Shown: positions 54,818 to 64,000 of the stretch, piece by piece
How positions within the stretch are numbered: the stretch's first letter is position 1
How the letters are laid out: the number at the start of each line of letters is the position of its first letter
Source: Bacteroidota bacterium
Lineage (GTDB): Bacteria > Bacteroidota > Bacteroidia > UKL13-3
Reading direction: 5' to 3'
Assembly: GCA_947485745.1 (NCBI GenBank)
Contig: CANKQY010000002.1
Coordinates: 21,018 to 85,017 of the forward strand
DNA: 64,000 nucleotides
Made by a program: the position numbers and the translations under genes
Notes under the pieces: model-generated
The model's input: the letters and a program-made list of their open reading frames with translations, nothing else
Told to the model about the DNA's origin: nothing
The model's database searches: none

Positions 54818-57547
54818 CTAATTAGCAGAAAATATCTTCACAGATACACTTACGCGTCTTTCGCGTGAGGCCTTTATACCAAAAACCGATTCGTTAACCA
54901 AATCATAACTGCTCGATACATCTTTAGGTGCTTCTAATTCGCCCACTGCGTGTTCCCAGAAAGTAATTCTATTGGTTTCAATAGCATCATATAAGGCACC
55001 ATCATTCCATTTCTTTAAATACCTGATAACAGACACTATCCTGCGTGTACTTAACTTATTATTATACACCTCAGATGCAATTGGCGAGCAGTATGCACTC
55101 ACGGCCACTTCAACTTGCACTCCCTGGTTCAATTTAGATTGAATGAGCTGCAACATACTATTCATTTCCTCATAACCTCCTTCAACCTGATTAATAAAAA
55201 AGGCATCTAAACTTGTTTTAATATCTGCCGATTTATCGTAAAAATCATCCATGCTTTTTATGTACGATTCATATGAATTTTGATAAGTAAAACTTGGGCG
55301 ATACAATTGGAAAGTACGCGGTTCATCATTGTTGAAATAAACAACAGTATTTTTTGCTTTTGTCTCAGCACCCTTCTTACCAGGTAACTGATTCATGTTT
55401 CTAACTATAATGGTAACTTGGGCTTGCCCATACAAATCACTATTACGCTTTTCTTGCAAATCATAACTCATATGATAGGTACCTGCGGCTAAGCCTTTGC
55501 GTAATTCTACCACTCCTGATTTGGCATTTAAACTTAACTCTTCCCAATCTGTTCTTACATTTTTGATGCTTGTGTTTTTTGAGCTCGCTTTGATCCCATT
55601 AATTCTATCATTGGCACGAACATTTATTACATAACCACCATTCACCGTTGTATAAGCTGTATCATTTACAACTCTAATAGTTCCCTTTTGGGCTTTATCG
55701 GGGGTGCTTTTTACAATACTTCGCATTTTAATCTGAGCCAATGCATCACTTTCTTTGCCAGTTAATGCTAGCGCTTTATTTCCGCCATCTTGCTTGGCTC
55801 GAACCAAAATGCTAACTTCAGCTGTATCACACAAACTGGTATTGTTTGCGCTACAAATAGCATATGAAAATTTATACACACCAGGAGTTGCACCAGCGTT
55901 TATTTTAACTTTTCCATCCTCATTACTAATGGTCAAGAAACCTTCTAATGGGTTCGATAAAACATGGATATTTACATCTGTAGGCTGAACCAAAAGTCCG
56001 TTCAAACTGTCATTATCCAAAATACTTCCAAACTTGTAACTACGTTCATTATTATCTGCCACAAAATAATTGTCGCTTGCATTGGTAGGATTAACTTTTA
56101 AGTAAATTTCTTTATATAATTTTCCATCTACTACTTTGTACTCATTGTTAGTTCCTTGATACCAAATAAATCCCTCTTTAAAGGCTGTAAATTTAACTGC
56201 ACGCTTGATGTCGGCCGAATCCTTTATAATACAATTCTCCATTCCAGCCTGTGCCGTAATTTCTCCTACATGAGAGCCATCCTCATATGAATAGCTTACA
56301 TTTACTCCACCAATCTCTAACCCATTACTTTCATTTAATACCTTCACATATAATGACTGTTTTTCTGGCTCACTTAAAATAAAGTGATAAATATTATCAT
56401 CAAACTTGCTGGTATATCTATTTGAAGAAAAATAACCTTCTTTCTCTGACTTAAACATGATTCCAAAATCATCATAAATACTATTAAATGGCTCATTCAA
56501 TAAATACCTATTTCCATCTTTAAAAATAACCATATCTATACCTCCAGTTGTTTCAATATGATCACTACCATAAAGTAAATTACCCTCTTCATTTAAACTT
56601 GGAAATACCTCATCGTATTCAGAATTAACCTCAGCCCCTAAATTACTTGGTGAGCCCCATTTGGCTCCATCCCATTGTATTTTATATAAATCAAATCCTC
56701 CAAAACCTCCTGGCATATCCGAAGAAAAATAGAGTGTTTTGGTTTTGTTATCGTAAAAAGGGTGCTGACTTGAAAAGGTAGATTTGCAAAAATCCATCAC
56801 CCTTGCCGAACTCCACGACTTTTTGGCATCACGATGGAAAAATACCAAGCTCAAATTTTGAATATTTTTGTTATTTTCATGAGCATAATTCCTTGATAAA
56901 ACCACTAAATTAGTATCAAGAGAAATTGCAATTGGACCGTCGTGTAACTTGGTATTAATACCCTTTGGAAGATAGGCTGGATAGGGGATTCGCTTACCTT
57001 TTTCGGTAAAAGGATAAACATCTAAATAAGGCATTTTATTATACAAATATCCAAAGTCGCGCTCATTACTAACAGTTGTTCTTGAGGTAGTAACAAACAA
57101 TATATTATTCCAATAAAAAGAAGAGAAATCTTCATTTACAGAATTACCAGCAAACGTGTCAATAACCGTATACATGTAGTAATCGGTTTTAAAATAATTT
57201 GTTTTCTTATAGTAAGGCGATTTTTCTCTAAGCATGGTAGAAGCATATACATAATTACGCCTAGTTTGTGGAGTATTTATAACGCTATTTCTATCGGCTA
57301 TCTTATAATAATATAATGCTTGAGGATATTTGCCTTGTTGGTATAATGCTTCGGCCAATTGTAGCACCATTGTGTCATTTAACTCATTCTTTTGATCGAG
57401 TAAATATTTTTCTGCACGCTCATAGTCAAAATAATAAGCGTATTTTATAGCCTTATCTACCTGAGCGTTGGTGGATTTTAAATTCAGTAATAATATGAAC
57501 CCAATGCTCAAAAAAACAAGATAATTTATATTCGTAATTTTTTTCAT
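54818..57547 (-). CDS. OmpA-like / PD40 (TolB-like) repeat protein, third gene of the T9SS type-B adhesin operon
   Basis: Signal peptide and a TPP-unrelated TPR-like N-terminus (ALYQQGKYPQALYYY). PD40-type blocks (SSDMPGGFGGFDLYKIQWDGAKWGSPSNLGAEVNSEYDEVFPSL). Two copies of the adhesin-type ~90-aa module. Divergent OmpA_C-like end (VEVAVSAYCSPIASEVYNNKLSTRRIVSVIRYL). Confidence 0.7.
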   Translation of the reverse strand: MKKITNINYLVFLSIGFILLLNLKSTNAQVDKAIKYAYYFDYERAEKYLLDQKNELNDTMVLQLAEALYQQGKYPQALYYYKIADRNSVINTPQTRRNYVYASTMLREKSPYYKKTNYFKTDYYMYTVIDTFAGNSVNEDFSSFYWNNILFVTTSRTTVSNERDFGYLYNKMPYLDVYPFTEKGKRIPYPAYLPKGINTKLHDGPIAISLDTNLVVLSRNYAHENNKNIQNLSLVFFHRDAKKSWSSARVMDFCKSTFSSQHPFYDNKTKTLYFSSDMPGGFGGFDLYKIQWDGAKWGSPSNLGAEVNSEYDEVFPSLNEEGNLLYGSDHIETTGGIDMVIFKDGNRYLLNEPFNSIYDDFGIMFKSEKEGYFSSNRYTSKFDDNIYHFILSEPEKQSLYVKVLNESNGLEIGGVNVSYSYEDGSHVGEITAQAGMENCIIKDSADIKRAVKFTAFKEGFIWYQGTNNEYKVVDGKLYKEIYLKVNPTNASDNYFVADNNERSYKFGSILDNDSLNGLLVQPTDVNIHVLSNPLEGFLTISNEDGKVKINAGATPGVYKFSYAICSANNTSLCDTAEVSILVRAKQDGGNKALALTGKESDALAQIKMRSIVKSTPDKAQKGTIRVVNDTAYTTVNGGYVINVRANDRINGIKASSKNTSIKNVRTDWEELSLNAKSGVVELRKGLAAGTYHMSYDLQEKRNSDLYGQAQVTIIVRNMNQLPGKKGAETKAKNTVVYFNNDEPRTFQLYRPSFTYQNSYESYIKSMDDFYDKSADIKTSLDAFFINQVEGGYEEMNSMLQLIQSKLNQGVQVEVAVSAYCSPIASEVYNNKLSTRRIVSVIRYLKKWNDGALYDAIETNRITFWEHAVGELEAPKDVSSSYDLVNESVFGIKASRERRVSVSVKIFSAN

Positions 57548-57597
57548 TCGACTTGCCTTTTAAATCTGTTTAGATGGAACTAAAAATGGTTTGGACA

Positions 57598-58527
57598 CTA
57601 TAAAAAATATCTTGGAGATTTAACTTTCTTTTTATACTTGGTTTGCCAGTTAACTCTAAGCGATAACTCATGTGTTTGCCTAGATATCATTTGCACATCA
57701 CTTATTGGATATTCATACATATAACCTGCATAAAACTGTGGAGATATTTTATATCCAACTAAGACACCAAAAGCATCTTTGTATCGAATCATTGGACCTA
57801 GGTCTAGGAAATCCTTATAATTAAACACAAAGTTTAAATCAACCGAAAGTGGCGAATTTGCAGCCTTTTTAAACAATAGACTCGGCGTAAAAGTTATGTC
57901 TTCCTTAACCCTCATATTGGCTCCACCATAAATAAAAAAGTGATTTTGCAAATTGGTTAATACAGCATCGCCTTCCTTTATTTGTTTGTTAAACAAACGT
58001 GGCATAGACGCTCCAAAAAAGTATTTTTCACTATAAAGAAGCACCCCAGCCCCCATATTCATGTACAAACCAGAATTGTAATTCGTATTAAAATTTGGAT
58101 CTCCTGTTTGTCCAATTGCCAGAGTGGTTAAATTGGCGCGCATATTTGAAACACTTACACGTATACCTCCGGAAAATGTCCAACTCTCATTTAATTGCAC
58201 TTGGGTTGCTATATCGGCCTGAACTGTTACAGTATTTGTTGGACCAATTTTATCATTATAAATACCTCCAGCTAATCCTAAATTCTTTTGCAAACGAGTA
58301 TTTGCAAATATAGAATTTGTTGTAGGAGCACCGTCCATACCTAACCATTGTTTCCTAGTTAATACGCCCACCTGATTATTATCCTGCACTCCTGCTTGCG
58401 CTGGATTTAAGATGGTTGAATTAAAAATATATTGCCCATAAGTTGGGTCTTGCTGAGCCATAAGTTGGATAACACCCAACATAAAACTTAAACTTATTAG
58501 TATGCGTTTCATTTTCTCTTGGTTCAA
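57598..58527 (-). CDS. PorP/SprF-family type IX secretion system membrane protein
   Basis: Signal peptide followed by QQDPTYGQYIFNSTILNPAQAG, the family hallmark. 309-aa barrel-like protein. Its ATG lies 3 nt after the adhesin stop. Confidence 0.85.
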   Translation of the reverse strand: MNQEKMKRILISLSFMLGVIQLMAQQDPTYGQYIFNSTILNPAQAGVQDNNQVGVLTRKQWLGMDGAPTTNSIFANTRLQKNLGLAGGIYNDKIGPTNTVTVQADIATQVQLNESWTFSGGIRVSVSNMRANLTTLAIGQTGDPNFNTNYNSGLYMNMGAGVLLYSEKYFFGASMPRLFNKQIKEGDAVLTNLQNHFFIYGGANMRVKEDITFTPSLLFKKAANSPLSVDLNFVFNYKDFLDLGPMIRYKDAFGVLVGYKISPQFYAGYMYEYPISDVQMISRQTHELSLRVNWQTKYKKKVKSPRYFL

Positions 58528-58530
58528 TTA

Positions 58531-61500
58531 TTATTTACTAATATAAACATAACCCGAAATTGCCTTAGCCCCTTCCTGAAGTTCCAATACATAGAAATAG
58601 GTTCCACTAGGTAATGGAATATTTTCAGAGCTATTTGACCCTGTTTCAAGTGTTCCTTTCCAGGTATTTTTGTATCCGCGTTCTTCAAATACCACCGTAC
58701 CCCATCTGTTGTAGATTCTTAAATAATTATCTGGGAATTTATCTACGCCATCAATTACAAAACCATCATTTATTCCATCATTATCTGGCGAAAATCCTGC
58801 TGGCACAAAAACATCTTGCTCACATTTTTCTCTGGTATAAGCTATATAATAATTGCTTTGAACCTTACATCCGTTTGAATCGGTGGCAGTAAATTGATAG
58901 CTATTGTATGGACTGTTTACCAAATTAATGGTTGTATCTCCTGTGTTCCATAAGTATTTATATGGCACAATACCACCCGAAACTAATTGGGTTATACTTC
59001 CATCCTTTGAGTTTTTGCAGGTTGCATCAGTAAGTTTATTTAAGCTTAATATCAAAGTGCTTGGTTCAGTTAAACTTACAATCTTTTGCGCTTTACAGTT
59101 ATTTGTATCCGTTACAATAACCGAATATGTTCCAGCTGACAACTTATCTTGGTTTTTCAATATGCTACCATTGCTCCATAAATAAGAGTAAGGAGCGGTT
59201 CCGCCTGTTACGGTTAGATTTATCAAGCCATTTGCGTTGCCATTACATTTTGGATCAACCGAAGATATTTGAACCGAAATAGCTCCCAAACTCTCTGTCA
59301 CTGTAATTTTAGCAAGTATTTGGGTATTCATAGTATCAGTTATTTGAGCAGTATATACGCCTGCCTTTAAATTTTTGGCAGTTGTACCCGTTTGAATTGG
59401 AGTTGTATTCCATGAAATAGTATATGGTGCCAACCCCCCAACAACATTTATTCTTATGGACCCAGTTGAATCGCCATAACAACCTACATTAGTAATAAAT
59501 GTATCTTGAACGATTAATTGTGGGTAGGTATTAATTATTAAATATGCATTTGTGCATAGAACTGGAACCATGCCCGAATCACAAACAGAATAATATACAG
59601 TATCTGCACCACTCCAAGCCGAATCTGGTGTGTAGGTTAAGGTGCCCAAAATAGTATCGGCCACCGTTAGCCCGTGCAAACCTTGTTGAATTATACTCAA
59701 GGTTGCTATATTAATATTACCGTCTATATCAAAATCATTTTTTAGAACGTAAACACTTACAGGTATTCTGTAAGCTGTAATAGTATCCTCATTAAAGCCT
59801 GTAGGACCAAAGGCATCTACTACTATTTTTATCCAAGTGGTATCACTTAATAAGGTATAGGCAGTATCTTGTAGCGTATAGGCCATCATGTAAATACCAG
59901 CAGCAGTTTTTGGTTTAACAGAAATAAATCCTGTTGCAGTATCCAATACAATATTCGATGTAATTGGCATTACAACTATGCTAATTCTACTTAACAAACT
60001 TGTAGCAACCAAACCATTTAGCGAATCATTAAGCAATACAGAAATCAGGTTGGCTTGCCCCGAATATCCATTTACGTTTGCACTATCTCTTAGGGTTGAA
60101 ATTAAGCCAGAATACACATCTATTTTCACAATCGCCGTATCCCTGTTGCTGGTATTGAGCGTATCTGTAATGGAATAGGTTATAAAATAAGTACCCGCTG
60201 ATGTGTTAGCTGCTACACTTACTAATCCAGTTAATGTATCTAATACTACTTTCGCATTACCAGATGGTATAATAAGATTTATTGCAACCTTACCTGTGGT
60301 TGCAAGCAAGCCATTGATACTATCATTGCCTAAAACAGATAACACATTGGCCGAACCAAAAAACCCATTCACACTTGCCGAATCGTCTTGCGCCAAGATT
60401 CTTGGAGCATCCACGTAAATATAAACTTCAGCAGTATCACAATTAGATGTGTTTAAAGTATCACATACACTGTATTGCATGCTGTATAAGCCATTTGGAA
60501 CCATAGTCCCAACGCTTACCCAACCCGTAAGCGTATCAATAGTTAATAAAGAATTTCCAAATGGTGCCAAAACTTTCATTTTAATTTTTGTGGCAACCAA
60601 AGCGGCACCTCCAAAACTATCATTGGTATAAATATTAATTAAGTTAGTTGAACCTAGATAACTATTAACGCGGGCCGTATCGTTTTTCAATAAAATACTC
60701 GGGGCAAGCACGTTTATTGTAACCAATGCTGTATCGCAATTTGTAGGGTTTAACGTATCACAAATTCTATAGATCAAACTATAGGTTCCTGCCAGTGTAT
60801 TAGGTAATACGATAAGTTGTCCATTACTAGTATTTAAAATAATATTTGAGCTACTAGCCTGGGTTACCATGCTAATATTAACCCTTCCAACCGCTGTTGG
60901 AGCGCCAGCTATACTGTCATTTAATACTACATTTAACAGGTTTAAATTGCCTACGTATCCATCCACAGATACTTCGTCTGAATTAGCAAAAATTGGCGGT
61001 GGAGTAATTTGAATATAAACATGAGCCGTATCTCGATTTACCACATTTAATGTATCCTGAATAGAATAACTTATATGATAAACCCCAGAAACGGTACCTG
61101 GGGTTACCTGTAAATACCCGGTTGAAGAATCTATCAAAACACCAGCATTTCCTGAGCCAATAAGTGTTCTATACTTTACAACATTAATTGCTGCCAATAC
61201 AAGTCCAAATGTGTCGTTACTTAATACATTTGAACTAGCGCTGGTTCCTGTTAATCCACTTACTATAAAAGTATCGTTTATAGCATCTATTTTAGGTGCG
61301 TCAATTTTAATATATACCCACGCCGTATCTTCATTACCAATATTTAAAGTGTCAGCAATTTTGTATTTAATGGTATAAAATCCAGCGGGAATAGCAGTGC
61401 CAACAGAAACAATACCCGTTGTGTCATTTAACTTAATTTCACTTGAACTGGAGGTAATTAAAGTTGTAATTTTTACCGAACCAACAGAAATTGTGGTTGC

Positions 61501-64000
61501 ATTTAAACGATCGTTTGTTAACACATTTAATAAACTGGGAATAGCGTTATAATTATAAACATAACCTGTGTCGTTTGTAGCTTCAATAATTGGGCTATTC
61601 ACTTGAATAGAATCTATTGTGCTGTCGCAGTTATTACTATTTAAAGTATCACATATTTTATAACTTATGGTGTACAATCCTGCCGGCACTCTTGGAGCCA
61701 CCTTAATAATTCCTGTTGTGTCATTTAAGGTAATTCCAGCATGACTAGCCTGAGCCAAAATTGTTATTCGTACTTCAATCGGATTTACAGGCATTCCATT
61801 TAGGCTATCATTAGCTAAAACATTTAACAAACTGGTATCACCAGCAAAGCCGTTCACACTTGCATAATCTGTGTTTGCTAAAATAGATGGAGGAAGAACT
61901 TCTATTCTTGCAGTGGCGCTATCGCAATTACTGCTATTTAAGGTATCACAAATTTTATAATTAATTGTGTATAAACCCGCCATTGTTCTTGGTTGAACGC
62001 TTATAACTCCTGTTGCAGTATCTAAAATAATTCCTGCATTTGATGAGGGATTTAAAACACTTATAAGGACTTCTCTATAATTAATGCTGTTATAATTTAT
62101 GCTATCATTTAACCATACAGTGGTAGCAGATAAGTTTCCATTATATCCATTAACAATTACAGTATCATTAACAGCATCAACAGGTGCCGCCAATAATTTG
62201 ATGATAACAATGGCACTATCACAATTGCCCGCATTTAAGGTATCGCATATTCTATAACTGATAGCATAGTTGCCAATGCTCATTCTTGGGTCAACCTCAA
62301 TAAACCCAGAAGATACATTTAAATTTACCCCTGCATTTCCAGAACCAGCTATCAGGCTAATTGTTACTGCTCCTAAGCTAATTGGTGTTTGATTTAAACT
62401 GTCGTTATTCAATACATTAAAATTGCCACTACTTCCAGTGTACCCATTTATGTAAGCCGTATCAGCCACTGCCCTAATTGGCGGCGCTATAACTGTTATG
62501 TAAACCATTGAAGTATCGCAATTACCTATATTTAAGGTATCACATATTCTATATTCAAAAGAATAAACTCCAGCAGGTACATTTGGCAATACACTAACAA
62601 TCCCTGTTGCTGTATCTAAGCTGATGCCTGTAACAGAAGTGCTTGTTGTTTTTACAAGACTAACCATCCCTGGGCTTACACCTAAACCATTAAATGAATC
62701 ATTTGCTAAAACATTTAGTAAACTCGCATTTCCAATAGCTCCATTTACAATACCATTGTCGGTTCGAGCCAAAATAATTGGTGAAGTAACATTTATTGAA
62801 ACTACAGCTGTATCTGTATTACTTGGGTTCAAAGTATCAGTAAGCATGTAAGAAAATGTATACAAGCCTGCAGCAATTGGGGCAACTACACTCACTATAC
62901 CAGTGGTGGTATCCAATGAGATTCTCGAATTAGTTGGTGCTACATAAATGTTTAATTTAATAGCACCAATATTAATTGTAGTTCCATTTAAACTATCATT
63001 TGAAAATACATTTAATAAACTCGCATTTCCGTTATACCCATTAACGTTTGCAAAATCTTCCTTGGCTTCAAGAATCGGAGCAGTTACAGTTATTGTTACC
63101 ACACCAGTATCACAACTCAATGGGTTCAGCGTATCGCAAATTTTATACACTAATGAATAAACACCAGCAGGGGTTTTTGGATCAACACTTATTATACCTG
63201 TGCTTAAATTTAAACTTAAATTAGGATGGCTAGCTGCAATAGAAAGGCTTAAATAAATATTGGTTAATGTTGCATGAGTATTATTTAAACTATCGTTCGC
63301 CAGAACATTAATAACATTGTTTGCACCTGTATAGCCATTAACAATTGCATCATCATTGTTAGCTATAATTGGTGGAGCTAAAACATTAACAGTCACTAAA
63401 GCTGTATCACAATTACTTGCATTTAAGGTATCGCAAATACGGTATACATAATTATAAACGCCAGCTGGTGTGTATGGAAAAATACTTATTCTCCCGGTAA
63501 TGGTGTTTAAAATAATCCCCGGTTCGCTCGGACTAGAAAGGACGGATAAAGTAATTCTGCTAGAGGTAGGTATAATAGAATTTATACTATCATTTGCAAA
63601 TATATTTAGAACGTTATTTGCTCCCGTATAACCATTTATAGCAATATAATCAGGATTGGCTACAATAAGCGGTGCATTTACCGTTATATAAACAATACTT
63701 GTATCGCAATTACTTGGGTTTAATGAATCGCATATACGATAAACAATACTATATAAACCCGCAACTAAAGAGGGTGAAATAGTTACAAACCCAGTACTTG
63801 TGTTTAAAGTGATTTTTGAACTTGATGCAGGTGTTACAACACTTAAATTTACCGCACCTATTGTAGCAATTGATGCATTAAAACTGTCATTAGCTAAAAC
63901 ATTCAACAAATTAACTGCACCATTATATCCATTTACGTCTGAGGCATCAGAATTAGCTAAAATTACCGGAGTACTTACTAATATGGTTATTAATGCTGTA
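58531..64000 (-). CDS. giant cell-surface adhesin with a T9SS type-B sorting domain (5' end outside the window)
   Basis: The reading frame stays open from the track's TTG (63909) to base 64000, so the gene is partial. It has at least 14 tandem ~95-aa repeats (VNGYxG...LNVLANDSxNG...G.Y...Y.ICDTLN..NCDTA.V.I.V.AP). These are followed by one related N-D-x-D-x-D-G module, three SprB-type repeats, and the C-terminus FVPAGFSPDNDGINDGFVI...LRIYNRWGTVVFE...GTYFYVLEL typical of the gliding-motility-associated / CHU_C type-B domain. Confidence 0.85.
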   Translation of the reverse strand, partial: TALITILVSTPVILANSDASDVNGYNGAVNLLNVLANDSFNASIATIGAVNLSVVTPASSSKITLNTSTGFVTISPSLVAGLYSIVYRICDSLNPSNCDTSIVYITVNAPLIVANPDYIAINGYTGANNVLNIFANDSINSIIPTSSRITLSVLSSPSEPGIILNTITGRISIFPYTPAGVYNYVYRICDTLNASNCDTALVTVNVLAPPIIANNDDAIVNGYTGANNVINVLANDSLNNTHATLTNIYLSLSIAASHPNLSLNLSTGIISVDPKTPAGVYSLVYKICDTLNPLSCDTGVVTITVTAPILEAKEDFANVNGYNGNASLLNVFSNDSLNGTTINIGAIKLNIYVAPTNSRISLDTTTGIVSVVAPIAAGLYTFSYMLTDTLNPSNTDTAVVSINVTSPIILARTDNGIVNGAIGNASLLNVLANDSFNGLGVSPGMVSLVKTTSTSVTGISLDTATGIVSVLPNVPAGVYSFEYRICDTLNIGNCDTSMVYITVIAPPIRAVADTAYINGYTGSSGNFNVLNNDSLNQTPISLGAVTISLIAGSGNAGVNLNVSSGFIEVDPRMSIGNYAISYRICDTLNAGNCDSAIVIIKLLAAPVDAVNDTVIVNGYNGNLSATTVWLNDSINYNSINYREVLISVLNPSSNAGIILDTATGVISVQPRTMAGLYTINYKICDTLNSSNCDSATARIEVLPPSILANTDYASVNGFAGDTSLLNVLANDSLNGMPVNPIEVRITILAQASHAGITLNDTTGIIKVAPRVPAGLYTISYKICDTLNSNNCDSTIDSIQVNSPIIEATNDTGYVYNYNAIPSLLNVLTNDRLNATTISVGSVKITTLITSSSSEIKLNDTTGIVSVGTAIPAGFYTIKYKIADTLNIGNEDTAWVYIKIDAPKIDAINDTFIVSGLTGTSASSNVLSNDTFGLVLAAINVVKYRTLIGSGNAGVLIDSSTGYLQVTPGTVSGVYHISYSIQDTLNVVNRDTAHVYIQITPPPIFANSDEVSVDGYVGNLNLLNVVLNDSIAGAPTAVGRVNISMVTQASSSNIILNTSNGQLIVLPNTLAGTYSLIYRICDTLNPTNCDTALVTINVLAPSILLKNDTARVNSYLGSTNLINIYTNDSFGGAALVATKIKMKVLAPFGNSLLTIDTLTGWVSVGTMVPNGLYSMQYSVCDTLNTSNCDTAEVYIYVDAPRILAQDDSASVNGFFGSANVLSVLGNDSINGLLATTGKVAINLIIPSGNAKVVLDTLTGLVSVAANTSAGTYFITYSITDTLNTSNRDTAIVKIDVYSGLISTLRDSANVNGYSGQANLISVLLNDSLNGLVATSLLSRISIVVMPITSNIVLDTATGFISVKPKTAAGIYMMAYTLQDTAYTLLSDTTWIKIVVDAFGPTGFNEDTITAYRIPVSVYVLKNDFDIDGNINIATLSIIQQGLHGLTVADTILGTLTYTPDSAWSGADTVYYSVCDSGMVPVLCTNAYLIINTYPQLIVQDTFITNVGCYGDSTGSIRINVVGGLAPYTISWNTTPIQTGTTAKNLKAGVYTAQITDTMNTQILAKITVTESLGAISVQISSVDPKCNGNANGLINLTVTGGTAPYSYLWSNGSILKNQDKLSAGTYSVIVTDTNNCKAQKIVSLTEPSTLILSLNKLTDATCKNSKDGSITQLVSGGIVPYKYLWNTGDTTINLVNSPYNSYQFTATDSNGCKVQSNYYIAYTREKCEQDVFVPAGFSPDNDGINDGFVIDGVDKFPDNYLRIYNRWGTVVFEERGYKNTWKGTLETGSNSSENIPLPSGTYFYVLELQEGAKAISGYVYISK

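Noticed and set aside
58614-63160. Nine plus-strand ORFs of 60-93 aa inside the adhesin gene
   Set aside because: All are antisense to the long, repeat-supported minus-strand frame. They recur because the underlying DNA is repetitive, and none has a recognisable motif.
59815-64000. Periodic ~285-bp repetition, considered as a possible CRISPR-like or satellite array
   Set aside because: The period is coding (95 codons) and the repeats are diverged at the DNA level. They lie within one continuous ORF, and there are no short identical direct repeats with unique spacers.
1-64000. Search for mobile-element or defence hallmarks: integrase or transposase motifs, tRNA genes as integration sites, long inverted terminal repeats, restriction-modification, toxin-antitoxin pairs and CRISPR-cas
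   Set aside because: None was recognised in any ORF or gap. The only TA-like element is the solitary HicB-like ORF, and RadC is the common chromosomal type. The window therefore reads as core chromosome plus surface-protein loci rather than an accessory island.

Overview
The window is a visibly AT-rich chromosomal segment that looks like a Bacteroidota genome. The evidence is type IX secretion (T9SS) C-terminal sorting domains of both type A and type B, a PorP/SprF gene, many TonB-dependent or outer-membrane (OM) beta-barrel proteins, TAnnTTTG-type -7 promoter boxes and little Shine-Dalgarno signal. I support about 52 protein-coding genes, all densely packed. By eye I saw no rRNA, tRNA, CRISPR array, integrase or transposase, so this is core and envelope DNA rather than an obvious mobile island.

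Gene content, left to right:
- A TonB-dependent receptor fragment and a CrtI-family desaturase.
- An ECF sigma, putative anti-sigma and periplasmic protein block, followed by a lipoprotein, DUF962, bestrophin and AlkB-like genes on the same strand.
- A GT2 glycosyltransferase fused to a degenerate phosphoglycosyl-transferase-like module.
- PpiD, then TetR-paaABC.
- A cyanophycin locus: isoaspartyl peptidase, cyanophycinase and cyanophycin synthetase, interrupted by an MBOAT/AlgX-like pair and flanked by a PPK2 relic.
- VWA, GNAT, Hbd, IscA/ErpA, rpsT, radC, gtrA and a short carB.
- A TPP riboswitch in front of a TonB-dependent receptor.
- An EEP/rhomboid pair, an amidohydrolase pair and an MsbA-like ABC exporter.
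- An OM protein with an STN domain and short repeats.
- A T9SS type-A cargo protein carrying a near-identical 207-bp tandem duplication, then LysR.
- A giant tandem-repeat T9SS type-B adhesin (runs off the right edge) with its PorP/SprF and OmpA/PD40 partners.

I found no clear new defence-type system. The observations most worth a second look are:
- The adhesin triad, whose OmpA-like partner carries the cargo's own repeat module, and whose repeats show strict paired gain or loss of two cysteines.
- The cyanophycin locus and its embedded small HicB-like ORF.
- The GT2 fusion to a likely dead PGT module.
- The STN-repeat OM protein.
- The thiamine-riboswitch-controlled OM receptor.
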